Shown in pieces: positions 14,656 through 27,144 of a stretch of 64,000 bases of DNA. A program made the position numbers and the translations under genes. A model generated the notes under the pieces. It was not told where the DNA came from and did no database searches. It worked only from the letters and a program-made list of their open reading frames with translations. Numbering within the stretch: position 1 is the stretch's first letter; each line of letters begins with the position of its first letter. This stretch comes from Octopus vulgaris (lineage: Eukaryota), in the NCBI GenBank assembly GCA_951406725.2, contig OX597828.1, positions 65,224,001-65,288,000 on the forward strand. Direction: 5' to 3'.

Positions 14656-14965
14656 CCTCTTTCCTTCCTTTACTGAGCGTCTGATAATACAGTACTTGTA
14701 CCACGTTCTCGCGTTATTGTTTTTTCTGATTTGTTCTTTGTTTGGATTCATTATGTGAGTGTGTGTGTGTGTGTCAATATAATTTAATCCTTAAGATAAA
14801 TGCTTTATATGGTATGTATTTCACTATACTACTTATCTTCATAAGTAGCATTTTTCATTTATATTTCAAATATCCATTAATCACATCAGTTTTAGTTCTT
14901 ACACAACTAGACTCAACACTATCCAACCGTGTTCTTATATTTCATCTTCCATAATCAAATTATGT

Positions 14966-15181
14966 GGAGGCGCAATGGCCCAGTGGTTAGGGCAGCGGAC
15001 TTGCGGTCGGAGGATCGCGGTTTCGATTCCCAGACCGGGCGTTGTGTGTGTTTATTGAGCGAAAACACCTAAAAGCTCCACGAGGCTCCGGCAGGGGATG
15101 GTGGTGATCCCTGCTGTACTCTTTCACCACTCTAAAGGCGGTGCTCCAGCATGGCCGCAGTCAAATGACTGAAACAAGTAC
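14966..15181 (+). mobile_element. tRNA-derived SINE family A head/body fused to a family B 3' tail
   Basis: GGAGGCGCAATGGCCCAGTGGTTAG (A box) and GGTTTCGATTCCC (B box), then CTAAAGGCGGTGCTCCAGCATGGCCGCAGTCAAATGACTGAAAC. Confidence 0.9.
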
Positions 15182-15291
15182 AAAAAAAAAAACAAACAAA
15201 AAAATCCGAATGAGTTGTGTGACACTGACTCCATATAGTCTTCTATAACAATGTAATATTCTCATAATACTTTCTTTTTGATATATTCTTT

Positions 15292-15381
15292 TGCACTGAG
15301 GAGATATGGTAATATGTAATTAATTTAATTTTTTCTATGTTTCTTACATGTTAGTGTTGCTATTCGAAACGATCGTATGCA
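15292..15381 (+). ncRNA. Type I hammerhead-like motif with a long stem II
   Basis: UGCA-CUGAGGA-G...C-GAAA-CGAUCG-UA-UGCA, with palindromic stem III. Confidence 0.65.
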
Positions 15382-16040
15382 TGGATTAAAATTTTATAAA
15401 AACTTTTAACATCTCTTCTGCACCTTTAATTGTTTGTTGAGTTTATATAGTAAATGTGTTCTGTAAATACTCATAACATACCTTATACTTATATACTGTT
15501 TCCATCACCCAAATTCACTCACAAGGCAATAGTCGGTCAGGGGTTATAATAAAAGGCACTTGCACAAGGTGTCTGGGCTGTGGGACAGAAACCAAAACCA
15601 CGTGGGTCGTGATTGCAAAGCAAACTGTGTCTCTAGGTGCAGCATGAGTGAATAATTAACGATGACGTTGGTGTCTCTGGACGCGATATTTTGATTGGCA
15701 AAACGTTAAGAAGCACCCTTTGCAACAACAATGTTCAGCGTTCGATTTTAAGTAAATGCAATTTTTTATAGCCTCGCGTTGACTCATTCCTTGCAAGTGA
15801 AAGTTGGTAGACAGATGGATTGTGTGCATTTGAAAAGTTACTTCGATGTCAAAAGACAATGTGTTCGGCTGAGTCAGCTTGAATATCACATTGTGTAGCA
15901 AATGTCTGTGAAATAATTCACATTAATTCAGGCTTAATTGGGTGGATTAAAAAGTTGAATCCTTAACATCGAACAATGGAAATCAACAGCCATCACCATG
16001 TGTATACACACACACACACACAGCAACATTCTTCTTTAAG

Positions 16041-16075
<35 letters not shown>

Positions 16076-16128
16076 TGATTCTAGTTTCAGCTCATGAGAT
16101 ATATATTATTCTTACAGAAGAATGTTGC

Positions 16129-16177
16129 TGACAGTCCGACGATGGCTTACCTGGCCGAAACTTCGATGTCACTGTCA
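16129..16177 (+). ncRNA. Type I hammerhead-like motif with a CCGACGA core variant
   Basis: UGACAGU-CCGACGA-U-GGCU-UACCU-GGCC-GAAA-CUUCGAUG-UC-ACUGUCA: 7-bp stem I and GUC triplet. Confidence 0.7.
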
Positions 16178-16185
16178 ACTGTGTA

Positions 16186-16308
16186 AGGGGAGGCTGGTAT
16201 GCATGGGTGACTGCTGGTCTTCCGTAAACAACCTTGCCCAGACTTGTGCCTCGGAGGGTAACTTTCTAGGTGCAATCCCATGGTCATTCATGACCGAAGG
16301 GGGTCTCA

Positions 16309-16358
<50 letters not shown>

Positions 16359-16454
16359 GTAAATATATATATATTTATATAATTATTTATATATACTATA
16401 TATATATATATATAGTATATATAAATAATTATATAAATATATATATATATTTAC

Positions 16455-16501
<47 letters not shown>

Positions 16502-16637
16502 TATATATATATGCTGAGACCCCCTTCGGTCATGAATGACCATGGGATTGCACCTAGAAAGTTACCCTCCGAGGCACAAGTCTGGGCAAGGTTGTTTACG
16601 GAAGACCAGCAGTCACCAATGCATACCAGCCTCCCCT
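16186..16637. repeat. ~450 bp palindrome: inverted duplication of a SINE 3' tail plus TA-rich DNA
   Basis: 16186-16311 is the reverse complement of ~16511-16637. The TA/TATG spacer is itself approximately symmetric around ~16405. Confidence 0.93.
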
Positions 16638-16840
16638 CTCCACGCCACCGATGTTATCCAAGGGAAAGGCAACAGCAAATACAGCATGGCACCAGTGATG
16701 TCGCAACTCATTTCTACAGCTGAGTGAACTGAAGCAACATGAAATAAGGTGTCTTGCTCAAGAACAGAACACGCAGCCCGGTCCGGGATTCGAAATCACA
16801 GCCTCACGATCGTAAGCTCGACGCTCTAACCGTTGAGCCA
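16511..16840 (-). mobile_element. tRNA-derived SINE with a CORE-like central domain
   Basis: TGGCTCAACGGTTAGAGCG (A box), GATTTCGAATCCC (B box), TTGAGCAAGACACCTTATTTCATGTTGC. A similar head/body lies at 52945-53065. Confidence 0.85.
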
Positions 16841-16850
16841 TATATAGATC

Positions 16851-16889
<39 letters not shown>

Positions 16890-16890
16890 C

Positions 16891-16932
<42 letters not shown>

Positions 16933-17258
16933 GATATATATACACACATACACACATACGTATGTATGCACTTTTTTCAATTATTTGAAAGGAACATACA
17001 TACATACGAGTGTGTGTATGTGTGGGTGGGATGGGGATGGGTGGGGTGGGGGTGAACGTGCACAACTATGTATGTGTCTAAGCATGCGTGAACGTGTACG
17101 CGTAACATCGAACGTAAACAAATTCCCAGTATATTGTAAACAAACTCATACCTGCTTATTTTCAACGACAGAAGAGAATGCGTGTGCGCGTGTGTTAATA
17201 TCACCATATATCCACACGCACATACACATATGCAAATATACGCACATGCACATACACA

Positions 17259-17296
<38 letters not shown>

Positions 17297-17420
17297 CGCA
17301 GAAAAGTGCACATATACCTCCACGCACAACCTCCACACGCATGCATACATACATACACACGTACACACATACACACAAACATATTTATATGCATATATAT
17401 ATATATGTGTATATATATAT

Positions 17421-17464
<44 letters not shown>

Positions 17465-17467
<3 letters not shown>

Positions 17468-17772
17468 AGGCGCAATGGCCCAGTGGTTAGGACAGCGGAA
17501 TCGTGGTCGTAGGATCGCGGTTTCGATTCCCAGACCGGGCGTTGTGAGTGTTTATTGGGCGAAAACACCTAAAGCTCCACGACGCTTCGGCAGGGTGGTG
17601 GTGGCGATCCCTGCTCTACTCTTTCGTCACAGCTTCCTCTCACTCTTTCTTCTGTTGGCCTGCTCGCTTAGCCAGCGGGGTGGCATCATTTGAAGGCTAA
17701 AACAATGCGAAGCGCATTGTGACCAGCGTTGTGTAGCAACATCTGATGGTCTGGTCGGTCACGGTGATCATG

Positions 17773-17777
<5 letters not shown>
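17465..17777 (+). mobile_element. SINE family A, full-length, tail type 1
   Basis: Near-identical to 54752-55049 and ends GGTCACGGTGATCATGGTGAT. Confidence 0.92.
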
Positions 17778-17826
<49 letters not shown>

Positions 17827-18128
17827 CACACATGCACGCGTGCGCACACACGCATACGGACGCACACACACACGAACACTGTTCAAACGTGAGTGTTGGA
17901 GTGGATTCTTGCTCAATTACACATACTGTACAGTACGTAATATTCCTTACTTAACTACGTTTGCCGATCCAGTGTAGGAACGTCAATAGAAGAATCTATG
18001 GGAAAATTGTTCTGGTTTTTTACTTTCTGAATTTTCTTATCTGATTTTTTTTTCGATTCGGTTTGTTTTATGTTTCCCAAAATCTTGACACATTTATATA
18101 TATATGTGTATTATATATATATATATAC

Positions 18129-18159
<31 letters not shown>

Positions 18160-18199
18160 TGTATGTATGTATGTGTGTATATATATATATATACCCATG

Positions 18200-18241
<42 letters not shown>

Positions 18242-18257
18242 TATATATATATATATA

Positions 18258-18304
<47 letters not shown>

Positions 18305-18342
18305 CATGGGTATATATATATATATATACACACATACATACA

Positions 18343-18373
<31 letters not shown>

Positions 18374-18419
18374 GTATATATATATATATATATATATACA
18401 TATGTATATATATATATAC

Positions 18420-18494
<75 letters not shown>

Positions 18495-18526
18495 CATATG
18501 TATGTATATATATATATACCCATGCT

Positions 18527-18562
<36 letters not shown>

Positions 18563-18630
18563 ATATAATACACACACACATACATACATACATACATACA
18601 TACATATCTATCAATCTATCTAACTATCTG

Positions 18631-18674
<44 letters not shown>

Positions 18675-19255
18675 TGTGTGTGTGTGCAAGGATTGATGGA
18701 TGTGTGAATGAATGGATGGATGGATGGATGGATGGATGGATTGATGTGTGAATGAATGGATGGATGGATGGATTGATGTGTGAATGAAGGGGTTAACCGT
18801 TTCCGTCACTCCACTCTCATCATTCTAAGTCACAGCTTTCAATTGTCTCCGTCAATCGTATTTCTTCTCCACTATTTATTTGAACCCCTTACTTTATCGG
18901 ATCTATTTGCCGAAGCGCTACTTTACGGGGCACATCAACAATACGGACGCAAACGTAAACACATAGCTACGCACATATGTACAGGCTTATATGCACATTG
19001 ATGTGTATTTGTGTATGTGTGCGTGTGTGTGTGCGTTTACCTATATAGACACATACATACATGCGCATGCATGCACATAGATATCTACAGGTTTATGTGT
19101 GACCGCGTTTGTGTGCGTGCGTGCGTACGTGCGGCGTATGGTTGCCTGTGCGACCAGCTTGCGCTCGATTTCTGTCTACGACTTGTGAGGTCCAATTTGC
19201 CGCCCACCGAGATTGATCTCCGAACAACGTAGCGAATTGTTGTTTGTATCTGTGC

Positions 19256-19323
<68 letters not shown>

Positions 19324-19359
19324 TCTGTTATTCTTGTACATATGTGTGTGTGCGCGCGC

Positions 19360-19510
19360 GGGCGGGTGGTAAGCAGCTTGCTTACAAACCACATAGTTCT
19401 GGGTTCAGTTCCACTACGTGGCACTTTGGGCAAGTGTCTTCTGCTATAGCCTTGGGCCGGCTAAAGCCTTGTGAGTAGGTTCGGTAGGCGGAAACTGAAA
19501 GAAGCCCGTC

Positions 19511-19541
<31 letters not shown>

Positions 19542-19746
19542 CAACTGATGTTGGTGTGTTTACGTCCCTATAACTTAGCGGTGCGGCCAAAGGAGCCGAT
19601 AGAATAAGTACTAGACTTAAAAATAAAGTGTGCGCGCAAATGTAAATATAACTATATATCTATATATATGTGTGTGCACACATGCATATATACATACAGG
19701 CGGTGCTCCAGCATGGCTGCAGTCAAAAGACTGAAACAAGTAAAAT
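19360..19746 (+). mobile_element. SINE family B with internal microsatellites
   Basis: Head GTGGTAAGCAGCTTGCTT..GGGTTCAGTTCC and tail GGCGGTGCTCCAGCATGGCTGCAGTC. Confidence 0.85.
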
Positions 19747-19799
19747 AATCAAAGAATATATATATATATACTGTCAACACCTCAAATGTAAACATATAT

Positions 19800-19841
<42 letters not shown>

Positions 19842-20025
19842 TACACATACACATTTGACATAAAATTTCAGCCCCGAGTAAATAAATTCAGTTCTAGTAA
19901 ACTATTTGTGTGTGTTTATAAATATGTGTGTGTGTGTGTGTGTGTGTACTTACATGCATATACACACATATACACACACATAAGCACACGCACCCTCACG
20001 CACACACCATAGATAGATAGATAGG

Positions 20026-20098
<73 letters not shown>

Positions 20099-20431
20099 TG
20101 ATAGATAGATAGATATGCACACACGCAGAGACAAACAAACACATAGGTAGATACATAGATAAGAGAGAGAAAGAGAGAGAGACACCTACACACGAACATA
20201 TGTGTAAATGCATATCTATAAAATGTATTTTCGTACGTGTAAAATGTATGTCTGCGTTTCAAAGTTGCTGTATATACGCTCCCACACAAAGCATACGTCG
20301 AAATTTAGTCAAGTACCCGATATACATACATACATACATACATAGAGAAACGCCTACGCGCGCGTACATAACATACATGTCCTTGTGTTTGTGTGCATTT
20401 GTACGTGTGTGCGTCTGTGTATGCATGTATA

Positions 20432-20483
<52 letters not shown>

Positions 20484-20668
20484 CATACATACACAGACGC
20501 ACACACGTACACACACACATATATATATAAATATATATATATATATATCATATTATATATATATAAATATATACATATTATATATATATATAAATATATA
20601 TATATATATCATATTATATATATATAAATATATACATATTATATATATATATAAATATATATATATAT

Positions 20669-20726
<58 letters not shown>

Positions 20727-20743
20727 TATATATATATACATAC

Positions 20744-20786
<43 letters not shown>

Positions 20787-20804
20787 TATATACATATATA
20801 TATG

Positions 20805-20835
<31 letters not shown>

Positions 20836-22889
20836 TATATATATGTGTGTGTTTTTGTAGTGTATATACATGATGGTGTATATAACTGGATGGCTGCGTG
20901 AAGCTATATACGTATGCATACTGGTTCATACGTTTATTCGAATGCCGGCACATAAAGCGTTCAGTAGAAATCATTGTTTGTTCAGCAACAACAGGTAGAG
21001 CTACAAAAACTCAATACAAAAATATAATAACAGGAGTGTTAAGTGGAAAGGATGCGTAGCTTAAGTTCTTACTTACAGTTTATGGTGTGGTATAATGGTT
21101 TGTCAACATTTCTGCGCCAGTACTTGGAGAAGAGCGTTACAGAAAAAGAAATAATTAAATATAACGGTCGAGTTGCAGTACTCCTATAGTTTTTAGAAGA
21201 ACTTAACAAATGTTGTGTAGTTATGCGCGGTGTCACTGTTCCCGTTCGTGTATGGAAGGACGTTACAGCTGTAATCTTTTATTGTAGTACTCCTTTGGTT
21301 TCAGTTTAACTTATTAATTGTTATGTTGTTGCGATGTGAAATTTGGTGTTTTATAATGTGATGCTGAGAGGTGTGCGTGAGTATGTGTGTATGTATGTTT
21401 GTGTGTGTGCGCGTGTGTTTGTGTGTGTGTGTGTGCGTGTTTGTGTGTGTTTTTACGAGCAGTGGTGTGGGGTTTTTTTGCGAGCTGTTAATGTGGTGTG
21501 GTGTTCTGTAACGCTAAACTGTCAACGCCTTCGGCAGAGATAACAGCGGCAGTGTTTTCACGGAGAGTATAACTACATTTTAGTCCAACTTATTAATAGT
21601 TGTGTATTGTTGTGGTGTTGAGCGAAATTGTGAGGTACGATGATGTGTCAACATTCTAGCAGTGTATGTAACGAGCGATGGGAAGAAGGTAGCAGCGGTA
21701 GTGTTGTGCTGTAACACTGCCGGAGTTCGGGAACAGAGGAGGAAAATACGGATCTTATTAATATCAATATTGTGTCGGATCTAGTGGTATGGCTCCACCC
21801 CTCATATCATCATAATCGTCATCATCACCTCATCGTAATCACTGCCATCACTAACATCATCATCATTATTATTCGCCATAGTTGTTGTCGTCATCGTCCT
21901 TATCATCAGCGTCATCACCATCATCATTCTCATGTTCATTGTAGTCATCGATCGCCTATATTATCGCTTTTACTATCACCACTGTTATCATCATCTTCGT
22001 TATTATCATCGTTATCACATTCGACGTTAATGTTGTTTTCTTAATCTTTGTTGCGCATTATCAGCTCCCCGACTTCTATAATAATTATACAGTTTAAAAT
22101 ATGTTACTTCTGGCGCGGACCGGGAAGTAGCTTGTGGGTTCGGGATAAATTTCAAGTTCAATTCTGGCCAGTGTTAATTAACTCTGCCTTTTAACCTTTG
22201 TGGTTGATACGATGAATAACAGAAATACATTGTCTATTCAATCGACTATATTCCACCCCTTCAAAAGTAACTGAGAGCTTAGACAAAGAAATTACATTAA
22301 CCGACTCACTGAAGCAGGAGGAAAAGTCAGGTTCCCACCAGATTCCGCGTCCTGATTTCCATTCCAGGCTGGAACTCTTCTTATTCTTATATAAGAGATT
22401 TATTACGCTAAAACACATATATGCACAATGTACCTTGAAATAAACTCGTATTTAATGCTATATAAACTATTTCTAACAAATATTTACTCAGTCCTCTCTC
22501 TCTTATTGCAGCTGTTATTACATTTTTTTACAGACCGACCTGTATACACTGTTACAACTTTATCGGACTGATTAGAGAGAGAAATTACTTTAAAAGTGAG
22601 GGATTAAACTTTTTTAATTAAAATACATTGTTTGGGTTGGGTAGCTCGGAAGTTGTTGTTTTTTTTTTCTTGTCTCCCTATTCATTAGTTCTATTGTTGT
22701 TGCTGCTGTTGTTTTATTAGTGACTATTGTTATATCATTACTATTGATGTAGTCACGACGTCTTTGGGTGTGTTCTTGTCCGTTGTTGTTGCAGTCGCTT
22801 TTGTTGATGCTATTATTCTAGACGGAATTGTTGCTTCCAGCTCTGAAACTGTCCGGTCGCAGACAGGCCGGAGGTAACTTTGCTGTTTG

Positions 22890-22944
<55 letters not shown>

Positions 22945-23025
22945 CTGAGCGTTATACTAATACATCTGTTTGTTTTGTGCACCACCTGTCTTCGTCTTTT
23001 GTTTTTTTTTGGTAAACTCTCCCTA

Positions 23026-23158
<133 letters not shown>

Positions 23159-23317
23159 TTCAGTATACTCCTTCTTTAATATTTTTTACAAAGCTTTTTC
23201 TTATTTTCTTATCCCAATAATAATGCTACACTTGTCCGTGTTTCTAGCAGTTCCACATACTCACAACCAACGACATTGATACCCAGACTCAGTCTTCGCA
23301 TTGTTATTGTTTAGTAC

Positions 23318-23337
23318 CGAGCAGCAGCAGTAGCAAC

Positions 23338-23415
<78 letters not shown>

Positions 23416-23457
23416 AGTAGTAGTGGTGGTGGTGGTGGTGGTGGTGGTAGTAGTAGC
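23318..23457. repeat. (TAG/TGG)n trinucleotide repeat; similar at 45003-45060 and 45420-45507
   Basis: Direct reading. Confidence 0.97.
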
Positions 23458-23717
23458 GTTTGTTTTTCTGCCTGCTTCGTTAATTTGACACGCACGTGCT
23501 TTCATACAGATATCTCACACAAACGAATGCACTTATCACTAATAAGACGGGTTGACAAACTTGAAGTAAACGCACGGCACATACACAGGCACGAGTGCGC
23601 GCTTGTTTATTACCAGACAGAGAGTCAGTCGGTAATCACGTTTAGCAGGGATGGACCGCAACTCTATCGCACATCAAAAACGTTTATTTATCCCATTCTT
23701 GTTTATATATATTTCGT

Positions 23718-24030
23718 GGAGTCACAATGGCCCAGTGGTTATGGCAGCGATCCTCCGACCGCGGTTTCGATTCCCAGACCGGGCGTTGCGTGTGTTTATT
23801 GAGCGAAAACACCTAAAAAAAGCTCCACGAGTCTCAGCCAGGGGCGGGGGTGACCCCTGTTGTATTCTTTCGCCGCAACTTTCTCTCACTCTCTCTTCCT
23901 GTTTCTTGAGTAACGCTGCGATGGACTGGCGTCCCGTCCAGGTGGGGGGAACACATACGCCACAGAAACCGAGAAACCGGGCCCATGAACCAGGCTAGGC
24001 TTGAAAAGGGAGCATAAATAAAATAATAAA
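23718..24030 (+). mobile_element. SINE family A with tail type 2
   Basis: Family A head/body followed by GCTGCGATGGACTGGCGTCCCGTCCAGG...CAGAAACCG and an A-rich end. Confidence 0.85.
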
Positions 24031-24265
24031 TATTTATTTCCTGATGTCACTGTCATACATAAACAAGCGCGCACACACATACACTCGTACATACTCGCCT
24101 CGCACTCGCGCGCACACACACAGACTATAATTTATTTGAAAAATAAAAAAACAGACCGAAAAATAAAAAAAAAACAGACCAGTGGAACCTTTTTTGATAA
24201 TATGACTGTCTACTTCGTTTTTTACACTCACTTGCATATATATACGGTCTCAGGAGCTAGTACAC

Positions 24266-24500
24266 TACCTATTTCTTTACTACCCACAAGGAGCTAAACA
24301 TAGAGAGGACAAACAACGACAGACAAACGGATTAAGTCGATTATATCGACCCCAGTGCGTAACTGGTACTTATTTAATCGACCCCGAAAGGATGAAAGGC
24401 AAAGTCGACCTCGGCGGAATTTGAACTCAGAAAGTAACAGCAGACGAAATACTGCTCAGCATTTCGCCCGGCGTGCTAACGATTCTGCCAGCTCGCCGCC
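24266..24500 (-). mobile_element. tRNA-related SINE family C, full-length
   Basis: GGCGGCGAGCTGGCAGAATCGTTAG..GAGTTCAAATTCC, core GTCGACTTTGCCTTTCATCCTTTCGGGGTCGAT, tail CTTGTGGGTAGTAAAGAAATAGGT. Confidence 0.92.
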
Positions 24501-25097
24501 TACATATATTAGACTCTACATATGTTGCTCTTAAGCACTGTTCGGGACACCTAATAAAATGAGTTGAAAAACTTCCAATAACCGAGATTATCCAGTAAAT
24601 TCGATGACAAAATACCTTCAAGGGCTGTTTAAAATCAATAACCATCTGTTGATATAGTTTCGCTTGTTTTAGTCATTGGACTGCGGTCATTCTGAAGGCT
24701 TTGGTTTATCAAATCAACCGAAGTATTTATTTTTTATGAGTCTAGCAGCTATCCTATCGGCCCCACTCGTTAGGGACGTAAATAAACCAACCCAAATGTC
24801 AAGCGGTGGGGAAGGCAAACACATACGCAAAAGCAGGCAGACAGGCAGATACACACACACACACACACGCGAGCACGCGCGCAGCACGCACTCACATGCA
24901 AAGATACATTTATGTGTGTGTGTGTCTGTGCGTGCGTGTCTGTGTGTGCGTGTCTGTGTGTGCGTGTGTAGGCGTAGCTGCGTGGTAAGAAGCTTGTTTC
25001 CCAACCAACTGGTTCCGGGTTCAGATGATTGCCTCGCCTTAATGTTTGTTGTCCGTCCTCTTTTGTGTATACTAATATATATATATATATATATATA

Positions 25098-25293
25098 TAG
25101 GGAGAATTTACAAAAAAAACAAAAGACGAAGACAGGTGGTGTACAAAAAAAACAGGTGTATTAGTATAACGCTCAGGAATAGAAAGAGTCTTTTACGTTT
25201 CGTGCCTACGCTCTTCTACAAAAAGGGAGACAGAAAAAACAAAGAGAGAAACAAAGAGAGAAAAACAATTTGTGTTGTGGCTAACGATCTATC

Positions 25294-25294
<1 letters not shown>
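25098..25294 (-). mobile_element. Penelope-type terminal-repeat family D; other copies at 5964-6040(-), 22944-23025(+), 30385-30460(-), 49730-49920(+)
   Basis: Copies are mutually similar and contain AGAGCGTAGGCTCGAAACGTAAAAG-like hairpin plus GAAACGTA, with a non-canonical CUGUCAA/UUGUAGA upstream. Confidence 0.7.
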
Positions 25295-25368
<74 letters not shown>

Positions 25369-25866
25369 CAGAGATAATGATGTCAATAAACAGAGAGAAA
25401 AAAGAGAGAGAGAGGGAGATAATGATGCCAATAAACAAATAAAACTACTTGGGCCAGGTATATAAAATATATATACGCATATTCGTATAAATAGAGAGAA
25501 ACAAAGACTGGAAATATTTAAGTATAAATATATTGGTATTTATATAAAATTGCACAGAGATTAAAGACACAAAAAAGCTAAGGGGAGTAGATATGGTTTA
25601 TCAGCATCATTATCTCCATCTCTGCTCACCTGGATTCCTTTTATAGTCACTCTTTATCCCGCGAACTTAGTCCTACGTAAAGATTTCAGCATAAGTTGAT
25701 ATCATTTCTAAATTACTAAGTTATATCGAATGTATCTGGATCTTATCCGTTGACACACACTCTCTCTCTCCCTCTCCCTCGCTCTTTCTCTCTCTCTCTC
25801 TCTATCTCCCTCTATCTACTTTTACGTATGTATACACATATTTATACAGACATATATATTATATAT

Positions 25867-25934
<68 letters not shown>

Positions 25935-27144
25935 GGGGCTGTGTGGTAAGTAGCTTGCTTACGGACCACATGGTTCCGGGTTCAGTCCCACTGCGTGGCA
26001 ACTATAGCCTCAAAATAAGCAGTCAGTTACCCTACCCTAGTCGTTACCACTCCCAATGTAGGATTCCTCACCATCCAGGTGACAGGCACAGCCGTAAGAT
26101 GCAGTACGAATCTATAGCAGTTGGAAGGGCGTGACCCAACTGAAATCAACATTAACAACTGTGTGACGTGAGGGCTTAGGAGAAATTAAAGTGTCACCTC
26201 TGGAGTTTGCAAATGACCACTATACTGATACGTAACTGAACAGAATGAATTTAAAATCTATAAATGTCTTTGAATAACCAGTCACTCATCTGGGAAGGCC
26301 TTGTAATCAATGTTACCATCTGGAGACTATGTGTGACCGAGTGATAATAAAAAGACTGAAAGGAGGTCTGCAATCAAATAACTTTACTCAACACTTTGCA
26401 ACTGGAGACAAAGATGCCTCTCATTTACTTAACAATTTATGCACCACATTGCAGAAATCAGAATGTAAGTGTATGTCAAAGCAAACTGTTACATTGTTGT
26501 ACCATTGAATTAGAAATAATGCCCAACTTTTATGCTCGGGTAACCCAACAGCTTCCAAGAGCACAACCGTATTTGTTTTTGCTAGGATAAAATGACAAAA
26601 TTGTGGGTGTTAAGTCCCCATGGAGGGGTCTTTCTAACTTTGTAAGAAGATGAAATTTTATAGATATTACTTCATTTGTGTCTAATATCTATGGTTAAAA
26701 TTTCATCAACAGCAAAAATATGAATTGTCATGGGGGTTATGGCCCTTATGCTTAGAATATAATTTCCAAATTTCATAAAGATCCATTCAGTACTTTTGAC
26801 CTAGTTTTGGATCATAAAAGAAATGACTAAAATTTGGGAGTTAAGGCTCCCATTAGGGTGTTATATATATATAACACACACAGATAAATTGATAGATACA
26901 ACTGAGTGGGCAAGCAAACATATGAGACACAGCCTAGTGCTTTTTTATGTTGATAAGCCTAGTACATATTCTATTAGTTTGTTCTTGTGAAACCAGCAAG
27001 TTTTGTGGATGTAAATAAATGAACAGCAGTTGTGAAGCAGTGATGAGGGCGAAACACAGACACAAAGACACACACATACACTTACATATATACATATATA
27101 TACGATTGATTTGTTTCAGTTCCTGTCTACGAAATCCATATATA

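Noticed and set aside
14966-15040. tRNA-like sequences with A and B boxes (also 16770-16840, 17465, 45921, 52945, 54752)
   Set aside because: Acceptor stems are not intact and each continues into a SINE body, so they are SINE heads rather than tRNA genes.
15656-15901. 81-aa ORF with a CCCKGC cysteine cluster
   Set aside because: No recognisable domain or supporting splice context.
21790-22020. His/Ser-rich ORF 21772-22044
   Set aside because: It is a degenerate (CAT)n trinucleotide tract.
26180-26460. Possible highly decayed LINE RT fragment
   Set aside because: Only faint motif resemblance across multiple stops.
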